From Nitrososphaerota archaeon (GTDB taxonomy: Archaea > Thermoproteota > Nitrososphaeria_A > Caldarchaeales > Calditenuaceae): 32,000 nucleotides of DNA. Made by a program: the position numbers and the translations under genes. The stretch covers positions 485,262 through 517,261 of the forward strand of contig JBEPYO010000001.1 of NCBI GenBank assembly GCA_041641295.1. The letters run 5' to 3'. This document shows, one piece after another, positions 1 to 7,951 of this stretch (position 1 is its first letter; every line of letters starts with the position of its first letter). Under the pieces are notes generated by a model. That model ran no database searches. It saw nothing but the letters and a program-made list of their open reading frames with translations, and had not been told where the DNA came from.

Positions 1-2
1 GG

Positions 3-1010
3 AACTGGTTGATGAGCGCTCTCGCTGTAGGATCCACAATCTTTCTCTATGATGGCGACCCAAATTATCCGGACTGGAGGACCATGTGGCGGCTTGTAGA
101 AGAACTTGAAATAACGGTCTTTGGCTGCAGTGCAAGCTACATAAACAATCTCAGAGGCTTGGCGGCGCGGCCGGGCGAGCTGCACAACCTCGAATCCCTC
201 AGGGAAATATCGCAGACCGGCTCGGCCCTTTCACCGGAAGGGTTTGAATGGATTTATACAATGGTTAAGAAGGACTTACACTTTAACTCCATTTCAGGCG
301 GTACAGATATAAATGGATGCTTCGCCGCCGGAAGCCCTATACTGCCGGTGTACGCAGGGCAGATCCAGTCTCCTGCCCTAGGTATGAAGATAAAGTGCTA
401 CAATGAAGAGGGCGAGCCCGTCCTAGATAGGGAGGGGGAACTTGTGTGCGAAGCCCCGGCACCATCGATGCCAATATATTTTCTCAATGACGAGGGGTTC
501 GAGAGGTATTTAGACGCATACTTCAGATTTTATACTAATAAGCGGGTCTGGAGGCACGGCGACTATGTCATATTCCACAGCGACACAGGGGGGATAACAT
601 TCTTGGGGAGAAGCGACGCCACACTTAAGCCCTCGGGCGTGAGGATAGGCACAGCTGAGATATACCGCGTGCTCGAGAGCTTTCCCGAGATAGTGGATAG
701 TCTTGCCGTGGGGCAGAGCTGGAGAGGGGATCAGAGGATAATACTCTTCGTCAAGATGGCTAAAGGATTTATGTTGACTGATGAGTTGATAGATAGGATT
801 AAGAAGGCTCTACGCGAGAGAGCTTCGCCGCGACATGTTCCTGCTATAGTCATAGAGGTACCTGACATACCTTACACGTTTAATATGAAGAAAGTCGAGA
901 TAGCGGTAGCGAATATAGTTAACGGGAGGAAAGTAACTAATAAGGCGTCGATAATGAATCCAGAGTCTCTTGATTATTTTGAGAAGATACTCCCTTTGCT
1001 CAGGGATTAG
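3..1010 (+). CDS. Acetoacetyl-CoA synthetase-like acyl-CoA synthetase, C-terminal part (5' end outside window)
   Basis: The open frame runs in from the left edge. Translation ...GSTIFLYDGDPNYPDWRTMWRLVEELEITVFGCSASYINNL...GGTDINGCFAAG...WRHGDYVIFHSDTGGITFLGRSDATLKPSGVRIGTAEIY is typical of the ANL superfamily, acetoacetyl-CoA synthetase type. Confidence 0.88.
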   Translation, partial: NWLMSALAVGSTIFLYDGDPNYPDWRTMWRLVEELEITVFGCSASYINNLRGLAARPGELHNLESLREISQTGSALSPEGFEWIYTMVKKDLHFNSISGGTDINGCFAAGSPILPVYAGQIQSPALGMKIKCYNEEGEPVLDREGELVCEAPAPSMPIYFLNDEGFERYLDAYFRFYTNKRVWRHGDYVIFHSDTGGITFLGRSDATLKPSGVRIGTAEIYRVLESFPEIVDSLAVGQSWRGDQRIILFVKMAKGFMLTDELIDRIKKALRERASPRHVPAIVIEVPDIPYTFNMKKVEIAVANIVNGRKVTNKASIMNPESLDYFEKILPLLRD

Positions 1011-1142
1011 TTCCACATTAGTAGCATCTAGTACTGTTAACTTTGCCCCTCTTTTTCAACCAACGTGGGCTTAGATGCGGGTTAAACCATATGGTCGCCC
1101 ATTCCATCATAGATATGTAGTATGTGGATAGGGTAATTACGG

Positions 1143-1592
1143 TTAGGTGGGGGTTTTCTGTTGTATTAGTTCTCTTGGCGTGCGTGTTTTTACGGGGAGT
1201 TTGTCTGCTTGGCCTGTTCTCCATGTTAAGTATAGCTGGACTTCTGGATTGTTGTCGAGCACCATTGCTTCAAGGGCATCCCTGTAGCTGAGCCCCCTCC
1301 CCAGATATCGCAGCATGTTCTCAATGTGCTCTTCCCAAGAGTCTGGGTGGGGTGGGAAAAGTATTCGATGCTCCTCGCTCTTTAGGTAGCTTAGGTATAA
1401 TTCCCGCCCGCTTCTTTCTCCTACGTGCCTTGAGACGGAGCCGACGAGGTCGAGCAGGGCATAGATTGTGACACCCTTTACTGAGCCTCTAAGCCTTCTG
1501 AGGGCTTCCTCGTTCTCGCTCCAGCGGGGGTCGTTCCTGAGTGCGAGGTGGTGGATGATTAGGACATCTGGGCCAATGACTATCAATCCCAA
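1143..1592 (-). CDS. PIN-domain (VapC-like) putative toxin, divergent
   Basis: 149 aa with N-terminal VIGPDVLI and C-terminal LSYRDALEAM...YLTWRTGQADKLPVKTRTPREL, resembling the PIN family ending 'TWNxKHFxxK...TPxEF'. It sits 9 nt downstream of an RHH-type ORF. TTG start. Confidence 0.65.
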   Translation of the reverse strand: MGLIVIGPDVLIIHHLALRNDPRWSENEEALRRLRGSVKGVTIYALLDLVGSVSRHVGERSGRELYLSYLKSEEHRILFPPHPDSWEEHIENMLRYLGRGLSYRDALEAMVLDNNPEVQLYLTWRTGQADKLPVKTRTPRELIQQKTPT

Positions 1593-1601
1593 TAGGCCAC
1601 C

Positions 1602-1868
1602 TCACTCCTCGTCGTCAACTTCAACCCTCGCTGGGCTGGGTGTGAAGATGAGGTCTTCGGGGTTTCCAGTTCTAGTTAGCCTGCCGCTCAGGTATAGTGC
1701 CGTGGCACGGGCCTCGGGCGAAGTCCTAGAATACCGGGCTAACAGCATCCTGATTGCGTCACTTATGGCCTCGCTCCTGTTTCTGAAGAGCCCCTCATTG
1801 CAGAGCTCGTCAATCCTCTTGACAAGGGCCGAACTGACCCTAACCTGTAAGAGTACAGTATCCGCCAT
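1602..1868 (-). CDS. Ribbon-helix-helix (CopG/VapB-like) putative antitoxin
   Basis: 88 aa: MADTVLLQVRVSSALVKRIDELCNEGLFRNRSEAISDAIRMLLARY has the RHH signature (beta strand, then 'R-S-E-A-I-x-x-A-I-R'). Paired with the PIN ORF. Confidence 0.75.
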   Translation of the reverse strand: MADTVLLQVRVSSALVKRIDELCNEGLFRNRSEAISDAIRMLLARYSRTSPEARATALYLSGRLTRTGNPEDLIFTPSPARVEVDDEE

Positions 1869-1989
1869 TCCAATCCCACCATACCATGTGAAGTATGATT
1901 ATTAAAGCATTTGAGATTATTCGCTGTTTTCGTATGGGGGAGAATATCTTTTTAAGTTGGGTTGTACATATTATGGTTTGAATACCCCT

Positions 1990-2397
1990 ATGCATGACTA
2001 TGTCAAGCTTGGTAAGTTGGAAGAGAGGGCCCTCAAGCTCCTACTTAAGCATGGGGAGAAGGGGCTCCTCCAGTCTGAACTCTGGCACTTATTGGGCATC
2101 ACCAGCAGGGATGGCTCGCGCGTGGCCATCAAGCTGGAGAAGAGGGGGCTGGTTAAGCGGGTTAGAGAGTTCGCAAATGATAGGTGGACTATGCGTCTAA
2201 TATCGCAGGTCAAGCTTCTGGATCTGAGCATTATTAAGGACGCTCCATGCCCTGCCTGCCCCTATAACGACTCCTGCGGCCCCTCTGGAAGCTATTCACC
2301 GACGGAGTGTGTATTGATAGAGTCTTGGCTCCTTAGCTTGGCCGATGCTAGGGCCAAGAAGGAGGAGACCACCGTTCAGACGCCGGTTAAGGCTTAG
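1990..2397 (+). CDS. Winged-helix transcription factor with C-terminal Fe-S motif, TFE-beta / RPC34(RPC39)-like
   Basis: wHTH region LLLKHGEKGLLQSELWHLLGITSRDGSRVAIKLEKRGLVKRV followed by C-PA-C-PYNDS-C-GPSGSYSPTE-C (CX2CX5CX10C), the cysteine spacing of RPC39/TFE-beta cluster domains. ATG at 1990 is preferred over TTG 1957 because a TATA-like element (ctttttaag, about 1948-1956) overlaps the longer start. Confidence 0.75.
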   Translation: MHDYVKLGKLEERALKLLLKHGEKGLLQSELWHLLGITSRDGSRVAIKLEKRGLVKRVREFANDRWTMRLISQVKLLDLSIIKDAPCPACPYNDSCGPSGSYSPTECVLIESWLLSLADARAKKEETTVQTPVKA

Positions 2398-2405
2398 AGT
2401 AACTT

Positions 2406-2439
2406 TTTACACAGTTATGTCACCATTAAACTGTGTAAA
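2406..2439. promoter_or_regulatory. Perfect 11-bp inverted repeat TTTACACAGTT-N12-AACTGTGTAAA upstream of coxB
   Basis: Left arm 2406-2416 and right arm 2429-2439 are exact reverse complements; arm centres are 23 bp apart. It lies upstream of a TATA-like tract (ggtttatttc, about 2447-2456) and of the coxB ATG at 2491. Confidence 0.6.
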
Positions 2440-2490
2440 CAGTATTGGTTTATTTCTAACCCGAACCCTCAGAAGATGTTGAGCTAAGAT

Positions 2491-3126
2491 ATGGTTGCGA
2501 CCACCGTAGACATATTCACGTCTCTTTGGAGCATCTTCTCTACCCTCGGAGTTCTGGTAGGCGTTGTCGTAATGTCATACATGGTATATCTCATAGTTAA
2601 GAACCGCGCCAAGCCTGAGAAACCGGAGCCGGAGGACACGCCGAGGCCTGGCGAGCTCCCGCGGGAGCAGAAGGGTGCCAAAAAGCTTCTAATCTCAGTC
2701 GTCCTGAGCGCCTCCATCGTGATCACCCTAATCTCGCTCACATTCATAGCCCTTGACAATCTGGATAGGCCGCCAGCTGATGCCTTGGAGGTGAAGGTTG
2801 TTGCTTTTCAGTGGGGATGGAAGTTCATCTACCCCAACGGCTATGAGTCTGTAGGCGAGCTTAGAATACCGCGAGGAACCGCTGTCAAGCTCTATGTCAC
2901 AAGCCAAGACGTGTTCCACAACATAGGCATCATCGACTTGAGGCTTAAAGTGGACGCGATTCCAGGCAAGACCAATATAGGATGGACTAGAGTCTATGAG
3001 ACCGGTGTCTACGACATCAGGTGTTTTGAACTCTGCGGCGACGGGCATGGCGTAATGATAGGTAAACTCATCGTAATGGATCCTGGGGAGTTCAACTCAT
3101 GGTATTCCTCGCTGCAGGTGAGTTAG
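2491..3126 (+). CDS. coxB: Heme-copper oxidase subunit II (CuA-containing)
   Basis: N-terminal TM helix, VVAFQWGWKFIYPNG, VTSQDVFHNIGI, and the CuA motif CFELCGDGHGVMIG. Confidence 0.93.
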   Translation: MVATTVDIFTSLWSIFSTLGVLVGVVVMSYMVYLIVKNRAKPEKPEPEDTPRPGELPREQKGAKKLLISVVLSASIVITLISLTFIALDNLDRPPADALEVKVVAFQWGWKFIYPNGYESVGELRIPRGTAVKLYVTSQDVFHNIGIIDLRLKVDAIPGKTNIGWTRVYETGVYDIRCFELCGDGHGVMIGKLIVMDPGEFNSWYSSLQVS

Positions 3127-3127
3127 G

Positions 3128-5455
3128 TTGGATCCCCACCAGCTCCCACCTTCCCACTCAATCAAGAGGTGGCTACTGACAACAAACCATAAAGACGTCG
3201 GAATACTATACCTCGTGACTTCTCTATACTTCTTGATTGTAGGCGGTGTGTTAGCCCTACTCTTTAGGCTACAGCTAGCTGGGCCTGGACTTAACATACT
3301 TTCTCCTCCAGCTTTCAACCAAGCGGTAACTATCCATGGATTGGTCATGGTTCTCTTCGTAGTCTCCCCACTAGCATTCGCCTTGGCTAACTATATTGTT
3401 CCGCTCCAGATAGGTGCGCGGGACTTGGCGTTTCCGAGGCTCAACGCCCTGAGCTACTGGCTCTACCTCTTCGGAGGGTTGCTTGTTGTGATTTCTTTCT
3501 TCCAGGATAGGACGCTTGATGTTGGATGGACTCTATATCAGCCCTTGTCATCAGCCTTCTCGCCCTATGTCGGCGTAAATACGGGGGGTTTAGGGCTGGC
3601 GCTCCTAACGGCTTCTGTAACAGTTTCTACTGTGAATTTCGTTGTAACTATCTTCAGGTCGAGGGCTAAGGGGTTGAGGCTGACCGCTCTCCCCATGTTC
3701 ACTATAGGCATCCTACTCACCGTGTTGATGATGCTCTACGCATTCCCCGCACTACTGGCTGGAATAATTCTCCTAGCCTCCGACAGGATTCTGGGGACGG
3801 TATACTTCACCTCCCCACAGGGAGGAGCAATCCTCTGGGACCACATATTCTGGTTCTTCGGACACCCGGAGGTCTACATAGTCCTATTCCCCGCCCTGGG
3901 CGTCTTTGGAGACGTCCTAGTCACTTTTTCGAGAAGACCACTCTTCGCCCGGAGGATTATAATAGCGGCCATGGTTGTGGTTGCTACTCTGAGCTTCCTC
4001 GTCTGGGGACACCACATGTTCCTCACGGGCATGCACCCTGATGTGAGGAGGGCGTTCACGGTTACGACAATCGCGATATCCCTGCCCTTCGATGCGATAA
4101 TCCTCTCATTCATCTACACTTTGGCTAAGGCCAGGATTGAGCTTAGGACGCCCATGCTCTTCGTGCTCGGCTCAATAGCAATATTCATCATAGGCGGGAT
4201 CACCGGGGTTTTCTTGGGCTCCATCGCTCTAGACTATGTCCTGCGAGGCACGTACTTTGTCGTGGCTCACTTCCACTACACGATGGCTGGAGGTGCTTTA
4301 GTGGGGCTGATAGCGGGTGTATACTACTGGTATCCCAAGATGACTGGGAGAATGTTTAGCGAGAAGCTGGGTAGGCTCCAGTTTGTACTGACCATGATAG
4401 GATTCAACATGCTCTACTTCCCACTCTTCCTTTCATGGGAGATGCCGAGGCGCGTCCCCCTATACATCGAGAAGCTCATGCCTCTACAGCAGATCGCAAC
4501 AATCGGCGGGTTCATTTTCGCAACATCGTTCCTCGTCATGTTCTGGAACCTGCTATACAGCCTAAGATATGGAGAGCCTGCTGGCAAAAATCCATGGGGG
4601 GCTCACACGCTGGAGTGGATGACTGAGTCTCCACCACCGCCCCACAACTTCGACGGCACCCCAACCTTCGCTGATGGGAGGCTATCCTTCATAGCGGCAA
4701 ACGGCGCAGCTCACGGCGAGCCTGAGACACATCTTAGCCCCTGGCCCTTCATGCTAAGCCTTGCCTCGTTTGTAGCCCTGCTGGGTTTGACGACGCATAT
4801 TCTAATATCGGTCGCTGGTGTGGGCTTGCTTGCCTTCTCGGTCCTAGGCTTCGCTGGTGAGAGATTTGTTAGCCGTGAAGAAGCCCTCGGCGAGAGGTGG
4901 CCATTCGAGCATGTAGATAGGATGAAGCTGGCCTGGTGGACATTCATCTCTTCTGAGGTCGTGCTCTTCGGGGTTATTCTCAGCGCCTATGTCTATGTGA
5001 GAACCGCGTCAGCTACTTGGCCTGCCCCTGGGACGCTTCTTGACATAAGCCACGGAGCGATGAATACGTTCATCCTCCTCACCAGCAGCCTAACGGTAGT
5101 TTTAGCGCTGGCCTCCTCGAGGGTGGGCAACAGGGTGGGAACGGTTGGATTCCTAGCAGCCACGCTATTCCTCGGCACCCTCTTCCTATTCAACAAGTAT
5201 AATGAGTGGTCTGAGCTCTTCAGCCACGGCATAACATTCTCCAGCAGTCTACCTGCGTCAACCTTCTTCCTAACTACAGGAATCCACGGAGCACACGTCT
5301 TTGCAGGACTCCTCGCGCTAGCCTATCTCTTGGCTCGGGCGTTGAGGGGGGCCTACATTGGCAAGGGTCACGAGACTCTAGAGTACTTCGGATACTACTG
5401 GCACTTCGTCGACATAGTTTGGGTCTTTATCTTCCCGCTCTTCTATCTGGTGTGA
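3128..5455 (+). CDS. coxAC: Fused heme-copper oxidase subunit I + subunit III (CoxA-CoxC)
   Basis: 775 aa. The subunit I part has TIHGLVMVLF, NYIVPLQIGARDLAFPRLNALSYW, WFFGHPEVYIVLFP, WGHHMFLTG and TYFVVAHFHYTMAG. It continues without a stop into a subunit III part, MKLAWWTFISSEVVLFGVILSAYVYVR...TGIHGAHVFAGLLALAYL...YWHFVDIVWVFIFPLFYL. TTG start at 3128. Confidence 0.94.
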   Translation: MDPHQLPPSHSIKRWLLTTNHKDVGILYLVTSLYFLIVGGVLALLFRLQLAGPGLNILSPPAFNQAVTIHGLVMVLFVVSPLAFALANYIVPLQIGARDLAFPRLNALSYWLYLFGGLLVVISFFQDRTLDVGWTLYQPLSSAFSPYVGVNTGGLGLALLTASVTVSTVNFVVTIFRSRAKGLRLTALPMFTIGILLTVLMMLYAFPALLAGIILLASDRILGTVYFTSPQGGAILWDHIFWFFGHPEVYIVLFPALGVFGDVLVTFSRRPLFARRIIIAAMVVVATLSFLVWGHHMFLTGMHPDVRRAFTVTTIAISLPFDAIILSFIYTLAKARIELRTPMLFVLGSIAIFIIGGITGVFLGSIALDYVLRGTYFVVAHFHYTMAGGALVGLIAGVYYWYPKMTGRMFSEKLGRLQFVLTMIGFNMLYFPLFLSWEMPRRVPLYIEKLMPLQQIATIGGFIFATSFLVMFWNLLYSLRYGEPAGKNPWGAHTLEWMTESPPPPHNFDGTPTFADGRLSFIAANGAAHGEPETHLSPWPFMLSLASFVALLGLTTHILISVAGVGLLAFSVLGFAGERFVSREEALGERWPFEHVDRMKLAWWTFISSEVVLFGVILSAYVYVRTASATWPAPGTLLDISHGAMNTFILLTSSLTVVLALASSRVGNRVGTVGFLAATLFLGTLFLFNKYNEWSELFSHGITFSSSLPASTFFLTTGIHGAHVFAGLLALAYLLARALRGAYIGKGHETLEYFGYYWHFVDIVWVFIFPLFYLV

Positions 5456-5456
5456 G

Positions 5457-5738
5457 GTGAGTGAGATGCGCGTGTGGGTGTACTTATCGGTCTTCGCCGC
5501 CCTGGTCTTGATGACTGTTCTGGAGCTGGTGCTCTTTAGTCTGCCGCTCCCGAGGCTTATCATAGACATGAGTATAGTGGGTCTGGCCGGTGGGAAGGCC
5601 ATCCTCATCGCCCTCTTCTTCCAACACCTAGCGTATGAGCCGAGAAGCCTGTCGGCTTTCGCCCTACTGGGGTTAGGAAGCGTGGTGGCCTTCCTCTTCC
5701 TCAGCGTATACTCAATAATCGGGATTGTGTTTAGATAG
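5457..5738 (+). CDS. Cytochrome c oxidase subunit IV family (prokaryotic type)
   Basis: 93 aa with three hydrophobic segments; LIIDMSIVGLAGGKAILIALFFQHLAYEP is typical of small COX4-like subunits. It starts (GTG) immediately after the coxAC stop. Confidence 0.8.
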   Translation: MSEMRVWVYLSVFAALVLMTVLELVLFSLPLPRLIIDMSIVGLAGGKAILIALFFQHLAYEPRSLSAFALLGLGSVVAFLFLSVYSIIGIVFR

Positions 5739-5761
5739 TTTCTGAGGGTGGTGGGCTTTCT

Positions 5762-5854
5762 ATGAGGAGCGCCTATCTTGTGGCGGTCTTCGCGGGTCTG
5801 GCCGGGCTGGTGCTTGTAGTTCTGCTGCTCTGGAGGCTGGTCGGAGGCCTATAG
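5762..5854 (+). CDS. Putative 30-aa single-TM protein at the end of the cox operon
   Basis: Direct translation of ATG 5762 to TAG 5854 gives MRSAYLVAVFAGLAGLVLVVLLLWRLVGGL. It lies 23 nt after subunit IV, is below the ORF-track length cutoff, and gggtggtgggc upstream could act as a ribosome-binding site. Confidence 0.5.
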   Translation: MRSAYLVAVFAGLAGLVLVVLLLWRLVGGL

Positions 5855-7951
5855 CCACCTCTCAAGCCTAGCGTCTTTCGCTGGATGGTTTATCGAGGCT
5901 CCTATGGCCTCGAAGACCGTCTCCGCCGCCCTCCTGAGATAGGCCCTGTAGTACTCCTTGTCGTATCTCCCCCTGAAGAGCTGTGTGGCCCTAACCCTGA
6001 GGAGGGGGTTTGGATGGCTCTGCGAGGTGATTATGAATCCGACCTCCATCCCCTTCTCAAGCCTTATCCCGAGGGCTTGGAGCTGGGTGGCTGCGGACGA
6101 TTGGGCGAGGCCGCGGCTATACTCTCTTGGGTCTTTTCCCAGCGTCTTCCTTATCTCAAGCTCCTCGACACCTAATCCGCCGTCGATGAGCCCTTCATAC
6201 TCTTCCAGCAGCTTGACGCCCTCCTCAACACCGCGAGTAAGGACCTCTCCGACACTGTCGAAGGACATGAGGGTTCTGATGAGCCGCTCCTGAAACTCCT
6301 TCACTATGGCCGGCGTGTCACTCCTTCTAAGCTCTATACCCCGCGCCTCAACCACCCCTTCGTAGGTTAGGCCGAAATACCTCTTTAGGGCCGGCGTGTC
6401 AGGGTCTGTCCTTAGGCGTGGGAAGGCTATGAACTTGAAGTGCCGGTCGAGGGACATGGGGAGCCCCGTTGCCGCCGATATCTCCTCTGCAAGCCTCTCG
6501 TAGTCCCTCCTCGACGCCCCATTCCTATGGACGAAGAGGGAGTCCACGTCGCCGTAGACTATCTCGAAGCCGTTCTCCTCGGCAACCCACTTGCTTATGA
6601 GCATCGCCTCCCTCGAGACCCTGTTTATCTCCTCGAATGCGAGGGTGTTTCCGAACCTGTTCCAGCAGCAGCCGCTTATCCCATACTGGGTGCAGAGTAT
6701 CAGCTTGAGGGCCTCTATCCTCTCCGTGCAGTAGAGCTCCTCGTCGCTTAGTGGTGGTAGGGTTTTCCTGAGCCTCTTGAGCCTGAGCCGCCTCTCAAGC
6801 CACGGCCGCAGGATTGAGGGTATGAGCCTCCCACTGCCCGAGGGGCTCTCATAGCTTATCCTATGCTTCAGTATGATGCTGGGGTATTGGGAGTCGAAGT
6901 CTAGGGCTGCCACGTTCTCGTGGAGGCCTGGCTTGGGCGTGAATGTCACACCGCCCCGGTCGCGCTCCAAGAGCTCAACCAGACATCTCACCTCCTCCAT
7001 ATACTCGAGCCTCGGCGCGTGGATGCCCATCCTCGCGAGCTCGTAGAGGTTTCGCGAATCAATACACCTGTTGCTGGTCCACCTAGTCGCTAGGCCTAGT
7101 GTCGTGAAGGAGAAGCGGGCCCTCTCAACAAGACCCGCGAGACCATACTCGTCAGGCTCGAAGCCGTAGAAGACATCTCCCAAAAAGACCCTGCCAGCAG
7201 CCGAGCCCTGAGAGAGCCTCCAAGCATCAAGACACCTCCCAACAGCCCTACGGACCTCGGGGCTCGCCAGCCACTCCATAAACGGTCCACAAGAACCACG
7301 ATGAAGGCCGGGAACATAGATTAGATCTGGGTCAAGGCTGGCGATCAGCCTCACCAGCTCTTCCAAGACCCTGTCCTCAGAGCCTTCAACCCACCAGGAG
7401 CTCCTGGCACGCTGTATATGCAGGCCAGCCAACCTCGCACCCGAGTATCTCGGCAAAATCTTTAGGAGTGAGAATGGGGGTGGTCTGATCTCGTCCAAGT
7501 CCTCTAGGCGTTCGGCGGAGACTATCCTGTCCCCCGAGACCGTGAAGACTGCGCGGCTGGATGGCTCGATCTGTAGGCGGTTGAATAGGTATCTCTGGAC
7601 GTGGGGGAGGTCGTCGCCGTATGTCTCCACCGCTAGACCACTACGCTTGACTAGCCTTGAGACGCGGCCGATGCTCCTCGCGCAGAAGGACTCTATCCTC
7701 ACCAGACACCTCCGCTCTGTATTCCTCAGGCCTACAAGCCCCTCGACAACCTTGACACTTCTGACAAGGGGTGACTGCTCGAGGAGCTGGACCAGCTCCC
7801 TCAGAGCCTCGACACTCCGCGGCTCAGCGAGGATGTGTGGGCGATACTCGTCGACCAGTCTCAGAGCCTCTCCGCTAGGCGTCTTAACCCACACAACCGC
7901 CTCGTCGTCTAGCACGTATACGTCGAGGATCCAGCCCTCTATACTCCTCAG
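5849..7951 (-). CDS. Family B DNA polymerase with polymerase motifs intact but no recognisable 3'-5' exonuclease motifs (PolB2/Dpo2-like)
   Basis: Motif A LDFDSQYPSII, motif B KLILCTQYG, motif C YGDVDSLF. The expected Exo I (DxE) and Exo II (NxxFD) positions are occupied by LAGLHIQ and VPGLHRGSCGPF. The ORF track starts at GTG 7915, but an in-frame extension RSIEGWILDVYV matches a PolB N-terminus; the proposed start is CTG 7951 overlapping the upstream TGA. Confidence 0.85.
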   Translation of the reverse strand: MRSIEGWILDVYVLDDEAVVWVKTPSGEALRLVDEYRPHILAEPRSVEALRELVQLLEQSPLVRSVKVVEGLVGLRNTERRCLVRIESFCARSIGRVSRLVKRSGLAVETYGDDLPHVQRYLFNRLQIEPSSRAVFTVSGDRIVSAERLEDLDEIRPPPFSLLKILPRYSGARLAGLHIQRARSSWWVEGSEDRVLEELVRLIASLDPDLIYVPGLHRGSCGPFMEWLASPEVRRAVGRCLDAWRLSQGSAAGRVFLGDVFYGFEPDEYGLAGLVERARFSFTTLGLATRWTSNRCIDSRNLYELARMGIHAPRLEYMEEVRCLVELLERDRGGVTFTPKPGLHENVAALDFDSQYPSIILKHRISYESPSGSGRLIPSILRPWLERRLRLKRLRKTLPPLSDEELYCTERIEALKLILCTQYGISGCCWNRFGNTLAFEEINRVSREAMLISKWVAEENGFEIVYGDVDSLFVHRNGASRRDYERLAEEISAATGLPMSLDRHFKFIAFPRLRTDPDTPALKRYFGLTYEGVVEARGIELRRSDTPAIVKEFQERLIRTLMSFDSVGEVLTRGVEEGVKLLEEYEGLIDGGLGVEELEIRKTLGKDPREYSRGLAQSSAATQLQALGIRLEKGMEVGFIITSQSHPNPLLRVRATQLFRGRYDKEYYRAYLRRAAETVFEAIGASINHPAKDARLERWL

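Noticed and set aside
1468-1905. 145-aa plus-strand ORF
   Set aside because: Antisense to the RHH/PIN pair, low-complexity Ser/Leu-rich translation, and the minus-strand products have recognisable family signatures.
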